From Polyangiaceae bacterium (GTDB taxonomy: Bacteria; Myxococcota_A; Polyangia; Polyangiales; Polyangiaceae), in assembly GCA_035063585.1 (NCBI GenBank), contig JAPSGB010000018.1, positions 21,517 through 85,516 on the forward strand: a DNA stretch of 64,000 bases, in the 5' to 3' direction. The position numbers were made by a program, and so were the translations under genes. The notes beneath the pieces are model-generated. The model searched no databases, had not been told where the DNA came from, and saw only the letters and a list, made by a program, of their open reading frames with translations. Below, in pieces: positions 18,158-27,008 of this stretch. The first letter of the stretch is position 1; the number at the start of each line of letters is the position of its first letter.

Positions 18158-19984
18158 ATGGGGAAGCCGCTTCCCAGACTCGAGCCCGCGCGGGCGCGCG
18201 CGCCCAGCCACGTGCTCGTGGAGACGCAGTGCAACCTCGGCTGCGCGAGCTGCGCGAAGTGCGCGGCGCGCGGCGCGGTCGAGCTGGGAGCGTGGCCCCC
18301 CGGCCCCGTAGTCATCACGGGGGGCGAGCCGATGCTGGCGCGCGGGCTGCTCACGCGGATTCGCGCGAGTAGTGAGCTGACCTGGCTCGAGACGAACGGA
18401 ACGCTCCTCTCGAGTGAGGTCAACGTCGCTCGGCTCGCGCGCGCCGGGCTCCACGGGGTGCGGCTGTTCCTGCCAGGCTGGGACCGGACGTCGACCGATC
18501 GCATCGCGCGCGTCGAGGGCGCCGGCGCGCTGCAGGAACGTGCGGCAGAGAACCTTCTCGCGGCCGGGCTCGCGCTCGCGTTCGTGGTGCCGGTGTGGCG
18601 CGCGTACGCCCTGCAGCTCCACGAGTGGCTCGGGCGCGCCGAGCGGCTCGCCGAGCGGCGCCGGCATCGCGACACGCCGCTCGAGGTGTCCCTCGCCTGG
18701 ATGCTGGCACCGGATGAGCCGCTCGACGAGACCGTCGAGCTCGCGCTCGGTCGCTTCGCGCTCGAGGCGACTCGGCGGAGCATGGTGGCGCGCTTCGACG
18801 GGCCGCTCGCACCCGCGGCGTGCGCGTTCACGCGCCCCGAGGCGTTCGCTTCGCTCTTTGCGGATGCCGCGCCGCAACGGAAAAAAAAGCCCCCGACCTG
18901 CGCGGGATGCGCGCTCGACGAGTCCTGCCCGGGGCCCGGCGCGGGGCGACCGGCGCGGGCGCTCTCCCCGGACGGCCGCGCGCCCATCGCGTTCGAGCTG
19001 GCCGTCGACACCCTCCGGCGAGCGGGCGACGTGCACGCTTGGGTGCACGCGGGAGAGAGCCGGCGGTGGGGTCGTGAGAACTTCGTGAGCATCGGCAGCG
19101 AGCCTGAGATCGGGGCGGCGCGCGCAGTCCCCTCCGCGCTCCTCCGCGCGTTTTACAACTGCAACGAGGACTGCACGTTCTGCTGGGTCGATCTCAAACA
19201 GCCGCGCGTGCCGGACGCGGCCGTAAATCAGACGCTCGCGTTGATGGGGCTCGAGAAGCTCCGCGCGCTCAGCATCACGGGCGGCGAACCTACCCTCGAC
19301 AGGCGGCTAGAGGCGCAGATCCGCCTGGCGCGCGCGCTCGGAGTCACTCAGGTGACACTTCAGACCAACGCGGTGATGCTGGCAGACGCGGAACACGCGC
19401 GGCGGCTAGCCCACGCTGGGCTGACCCGCGCCTTCGTCTCGCTGCACGGCTCGACCCGCGCGACGTCCGAGCGGATCACCCGGACGCCGGACACCTTCGA
19501 GCGCACCATCGACGGCATCCAGAACCTGCTCGCGGCGGGCGTCTCGGTGGGAGTCGGGGTGGTGTTCACCCACGAGAATCGAGAGGAGGCGCGCGCGCTC
19601 GTGGAGCTCGTCGCGACCCGCCTCGCTGGAGCCGACCTGACCCTGAGCGTCGCGGCGCCGATCAATGATCGGCTCGAGGTGGAGGCGATAACGCCTCGCT
19701 ATGGTGAGCTCGCGCCGACGCTCCGCGAGGCAGCGTACGCGGCCCACGAGCTCGGTGTCCCGTTCGCTGGGCTGTTCGGTCAGTGCGGAGTGCCGCCATG
19801 CGTCCTCGACGCCGACCCGGTGTGTTTCCCTGAGCTCGCTCGAGAGCACCCCGACTGGTCGGCCGCGGAAGATTTCCTCCACGCCGAGGCCTGCTCGGGG
19901 TGCAGGCTCGAGAAGAAGTGCCCCGGCATCCGCCGGAGCTACGCTGCCGTGTACGGGACGAGCGAGCTCCGGAGGCTGCGCTGA
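18158..19984 (+). CDS. Tandem double radical SAM protein
   Basis: Domain 1: CNLGCASC, ITGGEP, LETNG, CAGCALDESCPG. Domain 2: CNEDCTFC, ITGGEPT, LQTNA, VPPC, CSGCRLEKKCPGIRRSYAAVYGTSEL. Confidence 0.85.
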   Translation: MGKPLPRLEPARARAPSHVLVETQCNLGCASCAKCAARGAVELGAWPPGPVVITGGEPMLARGLLTRIRASSELTWLETNGTLLSSEVNVARLARAGLHGVRLFLPGWDRTSTDRIARVEGAGALQERAAENLLAAGLALAFVVPVWRAYALQLHEWLGRAERLAERRRHRDTPLEVSLAWMLAPDEPLDETVELALGRFALEATRRSMVARFDGPLAPAACAFTRPEAFASLFADAAPQRKKKPPTCAGCALDESCPGPGAGRPARALSPDGRAPIAFELAVDTLRRAGDVHAWVHAGESRRWGRENFVSIGSEPEIGAARAVPSALLRAFYNCNEDCTFCWVDLKQPRVPDAAVNQTLALMGLEKLRALSITGGEPTLDRRLEAQIRLARALGVTQVTLQTNAVMLADAEHARRLAHAGLTRAFVSLHGSTRATSERITRTPDTFERTIDGIQNLLAAGVSVGVGVVFTHENREEARALVELVATRLAGADLTLSVAAPINDRLEVEAITPRYGELAPTLREAAYAAHELGVPFAGLFGQCGVPPCVLDADPVCFPELAREHPDWSAAEDFLHAEACSGCRLEKKCPGIRRSYAAVYGTSELRRLR

Positions 19985-19988
19985 CCGC

Positions 19989-20540
19989 TCACGGCACCTT
20001 GAGATCGCAGTCGGTGCCGCAGTTCGACCGGACGCAGTCGACCGCGTCGGCCGCGAGCTGGCCCCCGGCGGTTTCCATGGTGGAGATGCAGGTCGCGACG
20101 TCTCCGCCGGCGTTCATCTGAGCGTTGCACAGGCACGGCCCGAAGGTGCCGAGCGCCCCCTTGCAGGCGCCATCACTCTCGCACGCGGCCGCGGCAGCGC
20201 TGCAAGAGTCCTTGATGCAGGACTGGCAGGCCTTCGACATGATGGCGCAGCTGAACCCTCCGCCAGCTCCCGCTCCGCCAGCTGCGCCCGAACTACCGCT
20301 CGCGCCGCCGGCTGCGAGGCCGCCCGCGCCGGCGGAGCCGGACGCTCCGCCCGCGCCGGCGGAGCCGCCGGTCGAGCCCGCCGCGCCTCCGGTCGCGGAG
20401 CCCGCGCTCCCGCCCGTGTTCGAGCCCCCACCGCTCCCGCCCGTGTTCGAGCCGCCGCCGGGTGAGTCATCGCTGCCGCATCCACCGATGATCGCTGCCC
20501 CTAGGACCACCGTCGTGAGCCAGACCGATTTCGTGCCCAT
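19989..20540 (-). CDS. Lipoprotein with Gly/Ser-rich linker and Cys-rich C-terminal domain
   Basis: AGGAG RBS, MGTKSVWLTTVVLGAAIIGG-C lipobox, Gly-rich linker with duplicated GGSNTGGS, 12 Cys in the C-terminal domain. Confidence 0.75.
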   Translation of the reverse strand: MGTKSVWLTTVVLGAAIIGGCGSDDSPGGGSNTGGSGGGSNTGGSAGSATGGAAGSTGGSAGAGGASGSAGAGGLAAGGASGSSGAAGGAGAGGGFSCAIMSKACQSCIKDSCSAAAAACESDGACKGALGTFGPCLCNAQMNAGGDVATCISTMETAGGQLAADAVDCVRSNCGTDCDLKVP

Positions 20541-20655
20541 GCTCTCTCCTTTTCGCGACGTCGCGCACGTCGCGGCACCCAGGATAGTCGTGGGCCCGTG
20601 GTCGCTGCAAGCTCCCGTCATCGACGAACTTCCGAAGGTGTGCCTTGATCCGCGC

Positions 20656-22452
20656 ATGAGCAGGGCGAAGGTCGATTTGGATGGTGTCGATGTCGTGGTG
20701 ATCGGAGGCGGCCCGGCGGGCAGCACCGCCGCCAACATCCTCGCGCAGGCAGGTTGGCGCGTGCGACTCTTCGAGCGAGAGCGATTCCCGCGCTACCACA
20801 TAGGGGAGTCGCTCCAGGCCGGCACTCACTTCCTCTGGGACGCGCTCGGAGTGCGCGAGCGTCTCGCCAGCGCCGGCTTCGTCATCAAGAAGGGCGCTAC
20901 CTATCGCTGGGGGCAGAACGAGGCGCCTTGGAGCGTCACCTTCGCGGAAGAGGGCTCGTTCCCCACCGCGTATCAGGTTGATCGCGGAAAATTCGACCAG
21001 ATCATGCTCGAGCGCGCGGCCGAGGTTGGCGTCGAGGTCCGCGAAGAGCACACCGTGCTCGGCCCCATCGTGGAAGATGGTCGATGTGTAGGCGTGCGCG
21101 TCATCGGGCCCGACGAAGTGGAGCACGAGGTGCGAGCGCGCTACGTGGTGGACGCCTCCGGGCAAGCGCGCTGCCTCGACAAACTCTTGCCCCCAACCAC
21201 TCTGAACAAGAAGCTCGGGCGCGCGGCGATCTGGACCTACTTCGAGGGCGTCAGCTTCCTCCCCGACGTCGATCACGGAAACATCTTCATCTCCACGATG
21301 CCGGAAGGTTGGTGCTGGTTCATCCCGCTCGCCGGTGATCGAACCAGCGTCGGGTGCGTCATCGGGAGCGAGTTCAAGGGCCGCTCGGCGCATGGGAGCG
21401 GTGACGGCGAGCCCGCGGATCTCCAGCAGCTCTTCGACTCGCTCTTGTCGACCTGCAAGCCGATCCACGAGCTTACCCGCTCTGCCCGACAGACAGAGGG
21501 CATCCACACCCTCTCGAACTGGTCGTACCGGCGAGAGCGCATCATCGCGCCGGGGCTCGTCGCGGTGGGAGACGCGGCGGGGTTCCTCGACCCCGTGCTC
21601 TCTGCCGGTGTCTTCCTCGCGACCATGACCGGCTACGTCGCGGCGGTGACGCTCAACACGGCGCTCCACGCGCCCGGCGATGAGCAGACCGCATGGAATT
21701 TCTTCGAGACCTGGACGTCGGAAGCCTATGGCGTGCACCGCTCGATGTGCGAGTACTGGTATGACGTCGAAGGCGTGGAAGACGACCTCTTCTGGCACTC
21801 GCGCCAGCTGGTCGATCCCGCCGGTCACCTCACCGCCCGGCGCGCGTTCGTTCGCGCCACCGCGGGCTATGTCGGAAACCTCGCGGCGGTCGGCGCGCGA
21901 GGCCGCATCGATGCCGAGAACTTCCGACACCTCGGGGTGCGAAATCCGGAGCGGTTCGCCGACACCGACGTCGCTGCCGCGCACGCAGATCAGGACCGCA
22001 TCAACCACGCGAGCCAGCTCGCCGTGAGCGTCGGCGGCGATGCGTCCGTGCGCGTCACGGCGCCCGACGCGGACAGCTCGGAGCCGGTGCAGTACATCAG
22101 CCGCTATCGGCTCTTCACCATCCCCCCCGGGCTCGACGTCCCCTCCAAGGACGCAGCGGATCACGTGCTCTTCGTCGTGGAGCCTACCGACGGCAGGCGC
22201 GGAAGCTTCGTCGAGCTGAACCGAGCCCCAGCGAGCGCGTACAAGACGCTCGGTCAGGTCGCGTTCGGTTACCGCGCCAGACCAAACGACAGCGAGCGGC
22301 TCGGGCTCGCCCAGCTCGAGCGGCTACTGTCGCTCATCGGCCGCGAGGCACCGCCGAGCGCGCTCGAGTCGCCGGCCGCGGCGGCCGCCTGGCTCTGCGC
22401 GAACGGCGCGGAGGCCGGGCTCAGCGTCGCGCTGTGGTCGGTCCGCGGCTGA
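20656..22452 (+). CDS. Flavin-dependent halogenase with C-terminal extension
   Basis: VIGGGPAGS (FAD binding), FPRYHIGESL, FVIKKG (catalytic-Lys position), GWCWFIPL (WxWxIP), GDAAGFLDPVLSAGV. The Pro-rich N-terminus of ORF 20125 is a shadow of the opposite-strand gene. Confidence 0.85.
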   Translation: MSRAKVDLDGVDVVVIGGGPAGSTAANILAQAGWRVRLFERERFPRYHIGESLQAGTHFLWDALGVRERLASAGFVIKKGATYRWGQNEAPWSVTFAEEGSFPTAYQVDRGKFDQIMLERAAEVGVEVREEHTVLGPIVEDGRCVGVRVIGPDEVEHEVRARYVVDASGQARCLDKLLPPTTLNKKLGRAAIWTYFEGVSFLPDVDHGNIFISTMPEGWCWFIPLAGDRTSVGCVIGSEFKGRSAHGSGDGEPADLQQLFDSLLSTCKPIHELTRSARQTEGIHTLSNWSYRRERIIAPGLVAVGDAAGFLDPVLSAGVFLATMTGYVAAVTLNTALHAPGDEQTAWNFFETWTSEAYGVHRSMCEYWYDVEGVEDDLFWHSRQLVDPAGHLTARRAFVRATAGYVGNLAAVGARGRIDAENFRHLGVRNPERFADTDVAAAHADQDRINHASQLAVSVGGDASVRVTAPDADSSEPVQYISRYRLFTIPPGLDVPSKDAADHVLFVVEPTDGRRGSFVELNRAPASAYKTLGQVAFGYRARPNDSERLGLAQLERLLSLIGREAPPSALESPAAAAAWLCANGAEAGLSVALWSVRG

Positions 22453-22526
22453 CGCGAACGTCAGCGATACGAATCAACGCCTCGTGGGACGCCACCGGCC
22501 GCCGCTCGTCGCGGCTGACGTGAACG

Positions 22527-23378
22527 TCAGCGCGCCGCGCGCGCGAGCTCGGCGAGCCCCTCGGCGAGGCTGATGCGCGGCGCCCAGCCGAGCTCGGTGA
22601 GCGCGCGGGCGCACGCCCGCTCCTCGACGACCTCGCCTGGGCGGAGCCGCGCCGGGTCGACGACGAGGTCGAGCGCCCTCCCGCTCGCAGTCTCGAGCAG
22701 CCTCGCGAGCTCGCGCGGAGTGGTCGCTCGCCCGCTCGCGACGTTCATCGCGCGCACCTCGCCGATCGCGGGCGGGTGAGCGAGCGCCGTGACGATGGCG
22801 TCGCACACGTCCTTCACGTGGAGGTAGTCGCGGCCGTGCTCGAGCTCGCCGACCGGCACTCGCGCGCGCCCGAGCGCTGCGAGCAGGTGCGCGACGATGA
22901 ACTCGTCGCGCTGCCCCGGACCATACACGTTGAAGATCCGGAGGGCGCTCACGCCAAACGTGGTTCCGCGCCGGGCCGACAGGCCAGCCAAGCGCTCGCA
23001 CGCGAGCTTCAGTTCCCCGAGGAACGTCGTCGGGACGAGCGGAAAATTCTCTTCGATGGGGAGCCGCGCGGGAGGGGCGTAGACCTTGCCGCTCGAGGCG
23101 ATGACGAGGTGACGAGCACCGGCGCTCGCTGCTCGGGAGACGGCCGCGAGCGTAGCGCCGATCGCGCTCGCGAGCGCTTCGACGGGAGCGCCGCGGCGGA
23201 GCGCCGCGCTGGTCGGGAAGGCGAGGTGCACGACGGCGTCGACCGGCTCGTGCGGCGCATCGAGCATGCCCCCCGCGCGCATGAGCGGCAGCACGCGGTC
23301 GCCTCGCGCGGCGAGCGCGCGCGTGAGATGCGCGCCGATGAAGCCCCCGGCGCCGCTCACGGCGACCACCCGCGTCAC
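22527..23378 (-). CDS. NAD-dependent epimerase/reductase (extended SDR)
   Basis: VSGAGGFIG, IASSGKVY, FLGELK (YxxxK Tyr appears replaced), LRIFNVYGPGQ, RDYLHVKD. Confidence 0.85.
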   Translation of the reverse strand: MTRVVAVSGAGGFIGAHLTRALAARGDRVLPLMRAGGMLDAPHEPVDAVVHLAFPTSAALRRGAPVEALASAIGATLAAVSRAASAGARHLVIASSGKVYAPPARLPIEENFPLVPTTFLGELKLACERLAGLSARRGTTFGVSALRIFNVYGPGQRDEFIVAHLLAALGRARVPVGELEHGRDYLHVKDVCDAIVTALAHPPAIGEVRAMNVASGRATTPRELARLLETASGRALDLVVDPARLRPGEVVEERACARALTELGWAPRISLAEGLAELARAAR

Positions 23379-23380
23379 GT

Positions 23381-24367
23381 TCAGGCCGTCCCGGCGGCGA
23401 CCCGCTCGCGCCAGTATGCGAGGGTGTCGCTGAGCGTGTCGTCGAGCGAGCGCTCGGGCCGCCACCCGGTGACCTCGTGGAACGGGCGAGTGTCGGCGAC
23501 CAACCGGCGCACTTCAGTGGGACGGACGAGCGCCGGATCCGTTTCGATGCGGATCGCCGCGGGCATCGACGAGGCCGCGAGCAGCCGCTCGAGACACTCG
23601 CGAACCGTGAGCACTTGGTCACTGCCGATGAGGAAGAGCTCGCCCGGCGGGCACCGCTCGAGCGCAAGCTCATAGGCGTTCACCATGTCGCGCACGTCCG
23701 TCCAGTTGCGGCGCGCCTCGAGGTTACCGACGCGCACCACGGGCGGCGCGAGCCCCGCCTCGATGCGCGCGATTTGCCACGCAAAGCTCGGGAGTGCGAA
23801 CACGCGATCGCGCCGCGGCCCCTCATGGTTGAAGGCTCGTATCCGGATCACGTGGAGCCCGTAGCTCGCATGGTGCTCGTAGCCGAGCAGATCCTGCGCG
23901 ACCTTGCTCACGGCGTAGGGGTTGAGCGGTCGGAGCGGCGTGGCCGGCGTGATGGGAAGCTCGGCCTCGGGCACCTCGCCGTACTCTTCTCCGGAGCCGG
24001 GGAGGAGCACGCGGGTCGCCGCGAGCGCGGTCCGCCGGAGCGCCTCGAGCAGATAGAGGGTGCCGAGCGTGTTGGTCCGAAAGTACACCTCGGGGGCGCC
24101 CCACGAGGGCGACACGAAGCTCTGCGCGCCGAGGTGGAAGATGCGCTCTGGTCGGACGCTCGCGACGACGTCATGCACGCTAAATGGGTCGGTGAGATCG
24201 ACCGTATGCCATCGCACCCGCGTCTCGACATCGGGGATGTGACGCACCAAGTCCATCCGCGACGACCAGCGGCGCGTCGCATGCACCTCGACTTCCGGGC
24301 GCGGGAGGAGGCGCTCGAGCAGGTGGCTGCCGACGAAACCCGTCGCTCCGGTAACCAGGACTTTCAT
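23381..24367 (-). CDS. GDP-mannose/GDP-heptose 4,6-dehydratase family protein
   Basis: VLVTGATGFVGSHL, HLGAQSFVSPSW, GSGEEYG, PLNPYAVSK, RAFNHEGPRR, VGNLEARRNWTDVRD. Confidence 0.88.
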   Translation of the reverse strand: MKVLVTGATGFVGSHLLERLLPRPEVEVHATRRWSSRMDLVRHIPDVETRVRWHTVDLTDPFSVHDVVASVRPERIFHLGAQSFVSPSWGAPEVYFRTNTLGTLYLLEALRRTALAATRVLLPGSGEEYGEVPEAELPITPATPLRPLNPYAVSKVAQDLLGYEHHASYGLHVIRIRAFNHEGPRRDRVFALPSFAWQIARIEAGLAPPVVRVGNLEARRNWTDVRDMVNAYELALERCPPGELFLIGSDQVLTVRECLERLLAASSMPAAIRIETDPALVRPTEVRRLVADTRPFHEVTGWRPERSLDDTLSDTLAYWRERVAAGTA

Positions 24368-25125
24368 GATGTGCCCGCGCGCGAGCTTGCCATGAATCGC
24401 CGCACGGCAATAACGAGTGTCTCGCGCGCGATCGCCCACGCTTCGGTGGGCCGGGGGACCGCGCCGAGGCGGCCGACCCGCAGCTCGAAGCGGGCGCGAC
24501 CGGCGGTGCGCGCGAGGTGCGTGACTGGCACCTCGGCGAGCCGCGCGCCCCGCGCGAGCGCGCGGCCGAGGAGCTCGGCGTTGATGACGCCAGTGCGGCT
24601 GCGGAGGGGCGGGCCCTCGACGAGGCGCGCGCGGACGAGCTTGAAGGCGCAGTCGAGATCGGTGACGCCAGAGGTCCCGGTGAGTCGGGTCGCGACCTCG
24701 CCGTAGAGCCGGCTCGCGGCGCGGCGCGCCAGCGAGTCGTGACGCGACGCGCGGTAGCCAACTACCAGATCGCGCCCGGGGGTGAGAGCGACCAAGCGGG
24801 GAAGCTCGGCGTGGTCGAACTGACCGTCGGCGTCGGTGAGCAAGAGCCACTCGAAGCGCGCAGCCTCGAGCCCGAGCGCGAGCGCGCGCCCGTAGCCCGG
24901 ATCGGCCGCGCGCTGGGTGAGCACGCGCACGTCGCCCCGCACCTCTGCGAGCCGGCGCGCGAGCTCTGGCGTGCCGTCGCGGGCGCGCTCGCTCACCACC
25001 AGGAGGATCTCGTGCGACGACGCTACCTCGACGAGCGCCCGGCCGAGCCGTGCGACCACGCCCGGCAGGTTCTCGACCTCCTCGAAGCACGGTAAGACCG
25101 CGCTGATGGCGAGCCGCTCGGTCAC
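24364..25125 (-). CDS. Glycosyltransferase family 2 (polyprenol-phosphate GT/DPM-synthase-like)
   Basis: ISAVLPCFEE, GYGRAL, LTDADGQF, VVGYR, DLDCAFKL. Confidence 0.85.
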   Translation of the reverse strand: MTERLAISAVLPCFEEVENLPGVVARLGRALVEVASSHEILLVVSERARDGTPELARRLAEVRGDVRVLTQRAADPGYGRALALGLEAARFEWLLLTDADGQFDHAELPRLVALTPGRDLVVGYRASRHDSLARRAASRLYGEVATRLTGTSGVTDLDCAFKLVRARLVEGPPLRSRTGVINAELLGRALARGARLAEVPVTHLARTAGRARFELRVGRLGAVPRPTEAWAIARETLVIAVRRFMASSRAGTS

Positions 25126-25727
25126 GGGTGAGCGATGCGCCGGCGGAAACCGTCGGTGATCAAGTGCTCGAGCGCGCTGTGCGCGCTCTCCACGATCCCG
25201 AATTTTCGGCTCTGGAGCACCAAGGCATGATCGACCAGCGCGCGCGCGCGCCCGCCGCCGAACCCGAGGATCCCGACCGTCACCGCGCCGTGATCGCTGG
25301 CGGCGCGCACGGCGCGGAGCACGTTCTCCGAGTCGCCCGAGGCGGTGAGCACGATCACGATGTCGCCGGCCGCGACGTTGCTCGCCACCTGCTCGGAGAA
25401 GACGTTCTCGTAGCCGAGATCGTTGGCGAGCGCGGTGAGCACCGGCACGTTGTCGTTGAGGCTACTTACCCGCAGCCGCTTGCCGCTGCGCGCGGCAGCC
25501 TGCAAGTCGCACGCGAAGTGCGACGCGGTCGCCGCGCTCCCACCGTTGCCCATGATGAGCACCGCGCGGCCGGCGCGGTGCGCGTCCGCGAGGAGCCCGA
25601 CGATACGCTCGACGGCGCGCTCGTCGATTTCCCCGAGCGCAGCGACGAGCTCGTCGAGGAACGCCCGGGTCGGACTCGGCTCGAGCCGGCTCACTGACTT
25701 CAGGGGCGGGTGCTTCGCAGAGACCAT
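25122..25727 (-). CDS. gmhA: Phosphoheptose isomerase (SIS domain)
   Basis: GNGGSAATASHF, TALANDLGYENVFSEQV, TASGDSENV, GFGGG, ESAH. Confidence 0.88.
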   Translation of the reverse strand: MVSAKHPPLKSVSRLEPSPTRAFLDELVAALGEIDERAVERIVGLLADAHRAGRAVLIMGNGGSAATASHFACDLQAAARSGKRLRVSSLNDNVPVLTALANDLGYENVFSEQVASNVAAGDIVIVLTASGDSENVLRAVRAASDHGAVTVGILGFGGGRARALVDHALVLQSRKFGIVESAHSALEHLITDGFRRRIAHP

Positions 25728-25766
25728 GACGAGCCTCGAGGTCGGGCCCTCATTATGGCACCTCGG

Positions 25767-27008
25767 TCACCCGTTCGCGATGCCTTCCGCCACGAGGCGC
25801 ATCACCTCGAAATCCTCGAGAGGGAGCAACTCGACCCCAGCCCCGAGCCTCCCCGCGAGCGCGGCGTGTCGCACGAGCGGCGCGTACACCGCGCGCACGG
25901 CGGAGAGCGGGATGGGCGAGCCGACCAGCCGCTCGTCCGTCCAGGCGTAAGCCGGATCGGCACGACAAGAGAGCCCGGTCGAGTCGATCGCCAGCAACAC
26001 CGGGAATTGCGCCTTCAGCGCCTCGAGGATCCGCGCCTTCTCGGCCGTCCGCGCGGCGTCGTCCTCGGGCAGCGCGCAAAGCAGGCGCGCCCGGAGCGCG
26101 GGCGCGTGAGCGAGCACCCCTCTGCGCAGCCGATCGGCGGCCGGCGTGGAAGGAAGCCTCGGAGCCCGCGCCATCCGCATCACGACCGCCGCCAGCGCGT
26201 TGTTCACCGCGGTGGCGTGGTCGGCGGGCGGACCGAGGCGACGGCTGTACTGGCGGCCGTCGCCGGGGAGCGCGTCGCGTGCCGCCCGCTCCAAGACCTC
26301 GTCGAAGGCGGCGCAGAGGGCCTGCTCCATCTCGAGAGTCCGGTAGCGAACGAGGCTCCGAGCCTTCTCGAGCCACTCTTCGGTAACGCGCGGCTCGCCC
26401 TGAGCGAAGAGCAGCACGCTGACGAAGGCGGCGAGCGGCACATGCCCCGCGCGGACCGCCGAGATCGTGAGCTCAGCTCCGGTGGAGTCGGCGTTCGTGT
26501 GAGCGAAGGTCGCCGCAGCGTAGAGCGCGACCACGCTCCGCGCGAGGCACACGAACACTTCCGGCTGCTCGATCCCGGTGAGCGCGACCTCGCCGGTGTA
26601 GCCATCACCACCCGGACGGAGCGCGCTATCCCGCAAGATCCCGTCGAGCGCCCATGAGCCAGTGCCATGGATCCAGTAGCCGCTGCGGAGGAGCGCCGCG
26701 AACCGTGGGAGCGTGTCGAGCGCGAGCGCGGCCCCCGCCGCTCCGGCCTGCGAGTACGCGACGCTCACGGCGCGGGAGAGCCGGCGCTCGAGCTCGGCCG
26801 CCGTGACGTCGTCCACGCAGTGCGCTCGAGGCTCGAGGGCTCGCGCGAGCCGGGCGGCACGCGCGAGCCACTCCTCCGGCGCAGCCGGCACGTCGAGGAG
26901 GCCTTGCTGGCCGGAGAGCTCGACGAACCGGCGCGGCAGCTCCCCGTACACGGCGCTCGAGTCCTCGGTCGGCGCGTCTTCACCGAGCTCCGAGCCGTCT
27001 TCGCTCAC
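25767..27008 (-). CDS. Hypothetical protein, possible ADP-ribosyltransferase-like fold
   Basis: YWIHGTGSWALDGILRDSALRP near the N-terminus and PVLLAID...DERLVGSPIPLSAVRAVY near the C-terminus; start overlaps the upstream rSAM stop. The ORF is solid; the fold is inferred. Confidence 0.5.
   Translation of the reverse strand: MSEDGSELGEDAPTEDSSAVYGELPRRFVELSGQQGLLDVPAAPEEWLARAARLARALEPRAHCVDDVTAAELERRLSRAVSVAYSQAGAAGAALALDTLPRFAALLRSGYWIHGTGSWALDGILRDSALRPGGDGYTGEVALTGIEQPEVFVCLARSVVALYAAATFAHTNADSTGAELTISAVRAGHVPLAAFVSVLLFAQGEPRVTEEWLEKARSLVRYRTLEMEQALCAAFDEVLERAARDALPGDGRQYSRRLGPPADHATAVNNALAAVVMRMARAPRLPSTPAADRLRRGVLAHAPALRARLLCALPEDDAARTAEKARILEALKAQFPVLLAIDSTGLSCRADPAYAWTDERLVGSPIPLSAVRAVYAPLVRHAALAGRLGAGVELLPLEDFEVMRLVAEGIANG

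Noticed and set aside
19989..20540. Cys-rich small protein as a second RiPP precursor
   Set aside because: It has a lipoprotein signal and Gly linker typical of surface lipoproteins; the Cys are more simply explained as disulfides.
20125..20655. Pro-rich N-terminus of the halogenase ORF
   Set aside because: Antisense shadow of the Gly-rich lipoprotein gene; the Rossmann motif begins just after ATG 20656.
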